This document shows positions 62,701-63,726 of a DNA stretch of 63,726 nucleotides, piece after piece. How positions within the stretch are numbered: position 1 is the stretch's first letter; each line of letters begins with the position of its first letter. Source of the DNA: Schmidtea polychroa (lineage: Eukaryota). The notes below the pieces were generated by a model, which saw only the letters and a program-made list of their open reading frames with translations, was not told the DNA's origin and made no database searches. The translations under genes were made by a program, and so were the position numbers. The stretch lies in contig CM097885.1 of assembly GCA_044892525.1 (NCBI GenBank), forward strand, positions 46,810,001-46,873,726, given 5' to 3'.

Positions 62701-62947
62701 AAAATTTTTCAATGATTAACATTTTCAAATTTTAGGAACGTTATGTTGCCAGTCTAATGCCTCTGAGAAAAGAAATTGTAGCATTTAGAGTAAATTAGAT
62801 TGTTTTCTAAAATGTACTTCACATAATTAAATTCTAGAATCCACCATGTTTGAAAAAGTTTAATTTTGATGATTTTTTAAAAACTTTGGAAAGCGGGGGT
62901 CCTAATTTGACTAGCGGTATAAAGGGGGATTGGATTGGTCTTTATCG
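35231..62947 (+). CDS. DENND6: DENN domain protein DENND6/FAM116 orthologue; 14 exons seen, 3' end beyond the last identified exon
   Basis: Exons 35231-35350, 35400-35438, 35483-35525, 35572-35672, 54892-54972, 55019-55124, 55170-55342, 55396-55530, 58255-58412, 58458-58549, 58601-58731, 62589-62678, 62736-62789 and 62838-62947. Motifs: [91 protein letters not shown]. Confidence 0.93.
36643..36715 (-). pseudogene. Degenerate tRNA-like sequence (tRNA pseudogene or SINE head), 73 nt
   Basis: A-box TAGCCTAGTGG and intact T-arm ATGGG-TTCAAAT-CCCAT, followed by a T7 terminator. The acceptor, D and anticodon stems pair poorly, so a functional tRNA is unlikely. Confidence 0.6.
37478..37543. repeat. 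(TA)n microsatellite
   Basis: Uninterrupted TA dinucleotide run of about 65 bp. Confidence 0.95.
40195..40479 (+). repeat. Left terminal inverted repeat, itself bounded by 27-bp inverted arms
   Basis: AGTAGTGTGTTTATATCCCTAACGACC at 40195-40221 and its exact reverse complement at 40453-40479. The body aligns in reverse with 53912-54219. Confidence 0.95.
40852..40945 (-). ncRNA. Candidate Pol III (type 2 promoter) structured RNA, unit 3
   Basis: A-box-like TGGCGAACCGG (40926-40936), B-box-like GGATCGATTCT (40883-40893), stems GGGTG/CACCC and TGGTGGCGA/TCGCCACCA, and first T4 at 40852-40855. Confidence 0.45.
41089..41172 (-). ncRNA. tRNA-derived Pol III unit, copy 1 (VA-RNA-like candidate)
   Basis: A-box TAGCGCAGTGG (41154-41164), two GGTTCAAAT boxes (41128-41136, 41112-41121), and T9 terminator (41089-41097). 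The 3' end GTTCAAATCACGTCTGAGGTT resembles the tRNA-Trp T-arm and acceptor. Confidence 0.6.
41318..41401 (-). ncRNA. tRNA-derived Pol III unit, copy 2 (VA-RNA-like candidate)
   Basis: A-box TAGCGCAGTGG (41383-41393), consensus B-box GGTTCAAATCC (41340-41350), and T9 terminator (41318-41326). Part of a direct duplication with a period of about 231 bp. Confidence 0.6.
41438..42733 (+). CDS. Major capsid protein (double jelly-roll, hexon-like), 431 aa
   Basis: [39 protein letters not shown] and IFCINVSDQ follow the Polinton DJR capsid pattern. Size and genomic context fit. Confidence 0.8.
   Translation: MNNINLKIQEKNKLNLDYNKEFTHEIKKNDILKISPTSGSIANLNRRGDIVFQSLQTSNPIDICNAKLYYKIELEIEANKDITIENNFFPNLFSNMRLKLGSSEIETVLHPGVYSTMLNFILTGCDYKNEYGELTGWIPDVNKGDLDKDGLDINYAYYKRAELYKLKKFEGYFELKHLFGFLQNYNRVLHNVFIEPICNRLEGDKRLFYGAADTKAKLKLSTLELHIPEWRLNPHSEIKLLERLNSNKSINVNYLNRICSEFSMTEGSTYSIKVANLAYRPRYILIGFKETDSSFQKNNNLFIQKIGDDNIKTIQIQLNSSYYPINRMEFNIENNENIFPYLNYIETCYDFKVEPQLSLEDFKNLYSIFCINVSDQDDRLAINNVDVTLHITKDSNFKAKVYTLILEEKKIEMKLYAGKISIIENVRGDSS
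42763..44172 (+). CDS. Zinc finger + parvovirus-type PLA2 + retroviral-like (rve) integrase fusion, 469 aa
   Basis: N-terminal CESC...H...H finger. PLA2 calcium loop HNYTGPG and [14 protein letters not shown]. Integrase DDE in [14 protein letters not shown] and [11 protein letters not shown]-terminal [10 protein letters not shown] domain. Confidence 0.92.
   Translation: MSKYWTCESCNCQVTRHHKASHLKTKKHTRVDITGGDLQSSKTTSRILKLFTNEKYPGERHLFHHNYTGPGTRLDIRLDENNNPKQGEEPINRIDQAALKHNISYNSEDLRDKHVADVNLIHELNNIQNPSSKEKIQRALVKLAMKGKIFIGLGHSPITMGARLPRKAKDVANKKIIEQAEIERSLESTAKTSLQTPTESEIKYANELHHEFRKNKKYLKVQVHEKDQTWSADLVFMPKSSDPEKYKIILTVIDLYTRFAFARCLENKTGYSITEAFENIFEEYQRIPKYLWCDKGTEFYNKVFTKFLNENDIKLYSTENEGKAVVVERLNRTLKNKMWKYFTAIGKQKWNNELLQKIVNEYNNDVHSSIKSTPLNASMKPETIKVVNIENDVIVDTTPIKPKFKIGDRVRIFKYKNKFEKGFTAKWTNEIFIINKIHYTTPITYSIIDLNNEKILGRFYNNELQKTDF
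44184..44987 (-). CDS. A32/FtsK-like genome-packaging ATPase, 267 aa
   Basis: Walker A GSSGCGKN (the canonical T/S is replaced by N), Walker B LVIFDD, and [17 protein letters not shown]. Confidence 0.92.
   Translation of the reverse strand: MDTWKPILNRHKSKFNNKVFPDNFRCLIIGSSGCGKNVLLMRMLLEDGFLDYNNLIFYSTTINQPELQLLKCGFENKLTKKAIIDIFKNQHTYPEEVFHPCDMVDWYKEKILESDISNKNDYICEDEGQREGYGIRVLFSNKPEDVLHCDLLPKDKKNLVIFDDVVNMKNQEIQKSYFTRGRHNNCNVIYISQTYYALDKNSIRNNSNCFIFFKLDRRDKNMIYNDLFSNVEPDKNMFDMFVDNHWKEKYNYIYLDREEAEIWKSLF
45004..45519 (+). CDS. Adenovirus pX/mu-like core or membrane-active precursor protein, 171 aa
   Basis: [31 protein letters not shown] parallels the adenovirus pX C-terminus (GGILPLLIPLIAAAIGAVPGIASVA). 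Adenain-type sites IAGG|I and MKGG|K, and repeated GKGLYLxP. Confidence 0.75.
   Translation: MTTQNPTEESLQELINSNKNKSVVISGKNYFIGIHVKEQVKEKLKEGGILPLAALIPAIIAGLSGAAGIAGGIATTVQKAKESQKTDLEKEKLQTEIEKMKGGKGLYLDPYKGRGLNDFLKNQISTSESLSSKDKDDLKKICKSLKNGCLCKIKNGKGLYLKPFPTDPLPK
45542..46327 (+). CDS. Conserved Polinton uncharacterised protein (probable core protein), 261 aa
   Basis: C-terminal [14 protein letters not shown]...[12 protein letters not shown] resembles the L..L..S..AGN motif recurrent in Polinton accessory ORFs. Recognised from memory, not by search. Confidence 0.55.
   Translation: MVYEERLALLKKLQSDQDKYNKKDTTQHAESIILNEVIQQQQGPTIKAIKELEVLKFKELEDKQDLKELPWLEDLNIKPLILDPKINVSLSKTIKPTFNINVEGYQIITINKHDFLLYLNSENKSRIHSQNVYNTKHLDFEFTDDFYGLVCGYPSENVDLLEIKKYLNLIELVHGSAKAKHIQDLKKYLNKNERGYIVTEGEGQGKGKEINPINLFIELRKLLAAKKAGHNNLDSDILKISKELLKQGIISKDKFNKYTKL
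46350..46781 (+). CDS. Adenain-like cysteine maturation protease, 143 aa
   Basis: Catalytic His (GSHWV), Asp (YFDSFG), oxyanion Gln and Cys (QPNNTKICG) are all present. Confidence 0.93.
   Translation: MTPSILDFLKTFGINTKTNFDLKDYADYLNLKIKILMNDELSSLKEDTPKNIIINYQNSNEKGSHWVCIYNKSIYFDSFGIKPTKEVEDYLSDYTFNSLQVQPNNTKICGILSLYVLYRLNKSKGEGFTSLIQEIYNDLKSIL
46778..47548 (+). CDS. Minor capsid protein (penton, single jelly-roll), 256 aa
   Basis: [31 protein letters not shown]....VLYSF and [22 protein letters not shown] match the Polinton penton pattern. Adjacent to the protease (ATGA overlap). Confidence 0.85.
   Translation: MKMELRNLPEDNLKKMVNIMSDKYSRTLSINSKESDFTINFQDSIKLDQNLNYELGLLWFCAYNTIFNITKDNNIFYYISPKSTDKIIITIEPGAYEIKDLNNILSKKTNGVIKIKMDLPTSKCIMTLENIGIHFQNNSFFRTILGFTRNHYITPVVENITSENIIKIINTNTINIHCDCITGSYNNGKQTNVLYSFPSNTVPMGYKIVERMNPPNYLPLCRKYIMDINFKILNQEGELIDFNGEEISMYLHLKQV
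47573..48562 (+). CDS. Putative fibre/spike-like protein, 329 aa
   Basis: [34 protein letters not shown] tail-fibre-type repeat, followed by a heptad-rich stalk and a distinct C-terminal domain. Directly downstream of the penton. Confidence 0.55.
   Translation: MSSYIPCNRGGGTIKTGFNTEEILTLTENKYINERGDSMKGDLILNGHKIKELSFPTDEADAVNKKYVDGVKKYTDLTTTRIESSLTTKIDNIEQRFNDKFDKLQSLLTEQVVKLNTSILNSKDKQIMNTKFNTIYNIINEMITSFNKRLSNLESHTTHINTTHSIRKRAAELEQNKTLLPHTYKHFIEPSLITTNSKEWGVFMVVKIIDPYFFLFDDDNEKMKWFVKCDYNSKLEKGDVIMTSYDLPHGDWYVNTHSHGLHKVKSKNIIFKSTLVQYIDLIFYEKKVDVDEVRKALMELYKDILSTRVSFDIRVLVPDGAQKNKVLFF
48571..49206 (+). CDS. Predicted membrane protein of the virus, 211 aa
   Basis: Long hydrophobic segment ([36 protein letters not shown]) and [12 protein letters not shown], a motif type recurrent in Polinton membrane ORFs. 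Confidence 0.55.
   Translation: MDKVQKMEEVREEKIYPEVPPELRSSGYYSEGHKSSKASAPTELEIMRVKEFKSETLHLQDLLKHYKKVKNRWNKGNTVLKIIGYSLGFASAILTVILPITLPVLTIAPVILGSISLADGFLTEIVSLSYTSKKKSLYREVCLSIELGISKLFLFQLKALEDGILTDDEIMKSNQIIQDIKNNINRLKSANVITNEYSKIIKREKWLKNHT
49281..53605 (-). pseudogene. Protein-primed family B DNA polymerase (pPolB), about 1440 aa when repaired, split into three ORFs
   Basis: N-terminal zinc fingers, [15 protein letters not shown], ExoI YGDFES, ExoII HNLFGYD, ExoIII DVYILAD, motif A DATALY, motif [11 protein letters not shown] and motif C DTDS. One-base frameshift in the T6 run at 52100-52105 and in-frame TGA at 51159-51161. Confidence 0.95.
53750..53907. repeat. Subterminal array of 16-bp direct repeats
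   Basis: Three (G/A)CCAAGCT(A/G)TCGAC(C/T)T units (53750-53797) and five (AT/GG)CGACTTGA(C/T)AAACT units (53821-53900), abutting the right TIR. Confidence 0.9.
53912..54219 (-). repeat. Right terminal inverted repeat, itself bounded by 27-bp inverted arms
   Basis: AGTAGTGTGTATCTATCCCTAACGACC at 53912-53938 and its exact reverse complement at 54193-54219. Confidence 0.95.
59850..60420 (+). mobile_element. Decayed hAT (Ac/ZBED1-type) transposase remnant
   Basis: [10 protein letters not shown] at about 60092 and SERRFSSSG at about 60360. Many stops. Boundaries are approximate. Confidence 0.65.
61791..62205. mobile_element. hAT MITE, 415 bp, with an internal tandem duplication of about 83 bp
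   Basis: Termini CAGGGGAGGCCAATCT and AGATTGGCCACCACTG, 8-bp TSD TCCTATAC/TCATATAC (1 mismatch), and a duplicated ATGTACTTGATTCACC... block at 61861 and 61945. Confidence 0.8.
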
Positions 62948-63726
62948 GTGAGTGTTATACTCGATTGCATTGTATTGTGGACGATTTATCATTTTCTATT
63001 AGGAATTTGATTAAACATATTAAATTGAGAATTTCTTTAAAAAATATAATTTTCAGTTACTATTAGTTACTATTTCCACTAATATCACTCCAAATCATTT
63101 ATTCAATTCACAAAATAATAAATCCAATAACTTTCATATTAAGAATATATTTTATAATCACTTGATAAAGGCTGTCGAAATATCGTGCACTTATACAAAC
63201 ATTAATATAAAAGTTATTGAATTAAAATAAAGATCAAAGGTGAAACCAAAAGAAAAATATAATTGTATAAATAATTACAAATAATAAATATCACTAAATG
63301 TAATAATTTATAAATAATTGATACTAAAACTTTTCAACTGTTTATAATAATATTTATACTATTGATAATTTTGAGATAGACTTAAAAGGCATTTATAAAC
63401 ACTATAGAAAATTTTGCATTATGAAATCCCATAAAATTTGCGAGTGTTCGGGAACTTTATGAATTCATGCCACAATCGCAAGACAGTAAAAAAAGCCTCA
63501 ATCAATCGATAACATAATATCTTATAAAGACATTAGTTGTAGTTAAAAAGTTTAGGTTCAACGTTATAGACTATTAAAATATCTGAAACACCATTTCTAT
63601 CTCTATTTCTTCGTAACCTGAAACAGAAACATAGATCACATCGGTCTGTTTTGCCTAACCACTTTAAATTTAACGTAAATTTAACCTATTGTCAATAATT
63701 TCTAGAAAACACACTAAATCTGCCAC

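Overview
Very AT-rich eukaryotic scaffold with six N gaps. It looks like an invertebrate metazoan with 42-53 nt minimal introns; the species cannot be determined from the sequence alone. Host genes are an intronless DEG/ENaC channel (minus strand), DNAJC5/cysteine-string protein (7661-29093, 6 exons) and DENND6 (35231 to beyond 62947). Their long introns hold Gypsy, BEL/Pao, Penelope, hAT and pogo debris, several pieces with exact TSDs. The main feature is a gap-free, near-complete endogenous Polinton/Maverick-class adintovirus at 40195-54219 (14,025 bp), with AGTAGT...ACTACT termini and a perfect 6-bp TSD ATAAGA, inside DENND6 intron 4. It encodes a double jelly-roll major capsid, a ZnF-PLA2-integrase fusion, a packaging ATPase, an adenovirus pX-like protein, a core protein, adenain, penton, a fibre-like protein, a membrane protein and a pPolB broken by one frameshift and one TGA. 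Two aspects look unusual. First, each TIR is bounded by an inner inverted copy of the terminal 27 bp, and the inner and outer copies share end-specific variants, implying per-end fold-back or self-templating. Second, the left non-coding arm carries three co-oriented tRNA-type Pol III (A-box/B-box/oligo-T) units reminiscent of adenovirus VA RNAs. All calls are by eye from motifs; no searches or folding programs were run.
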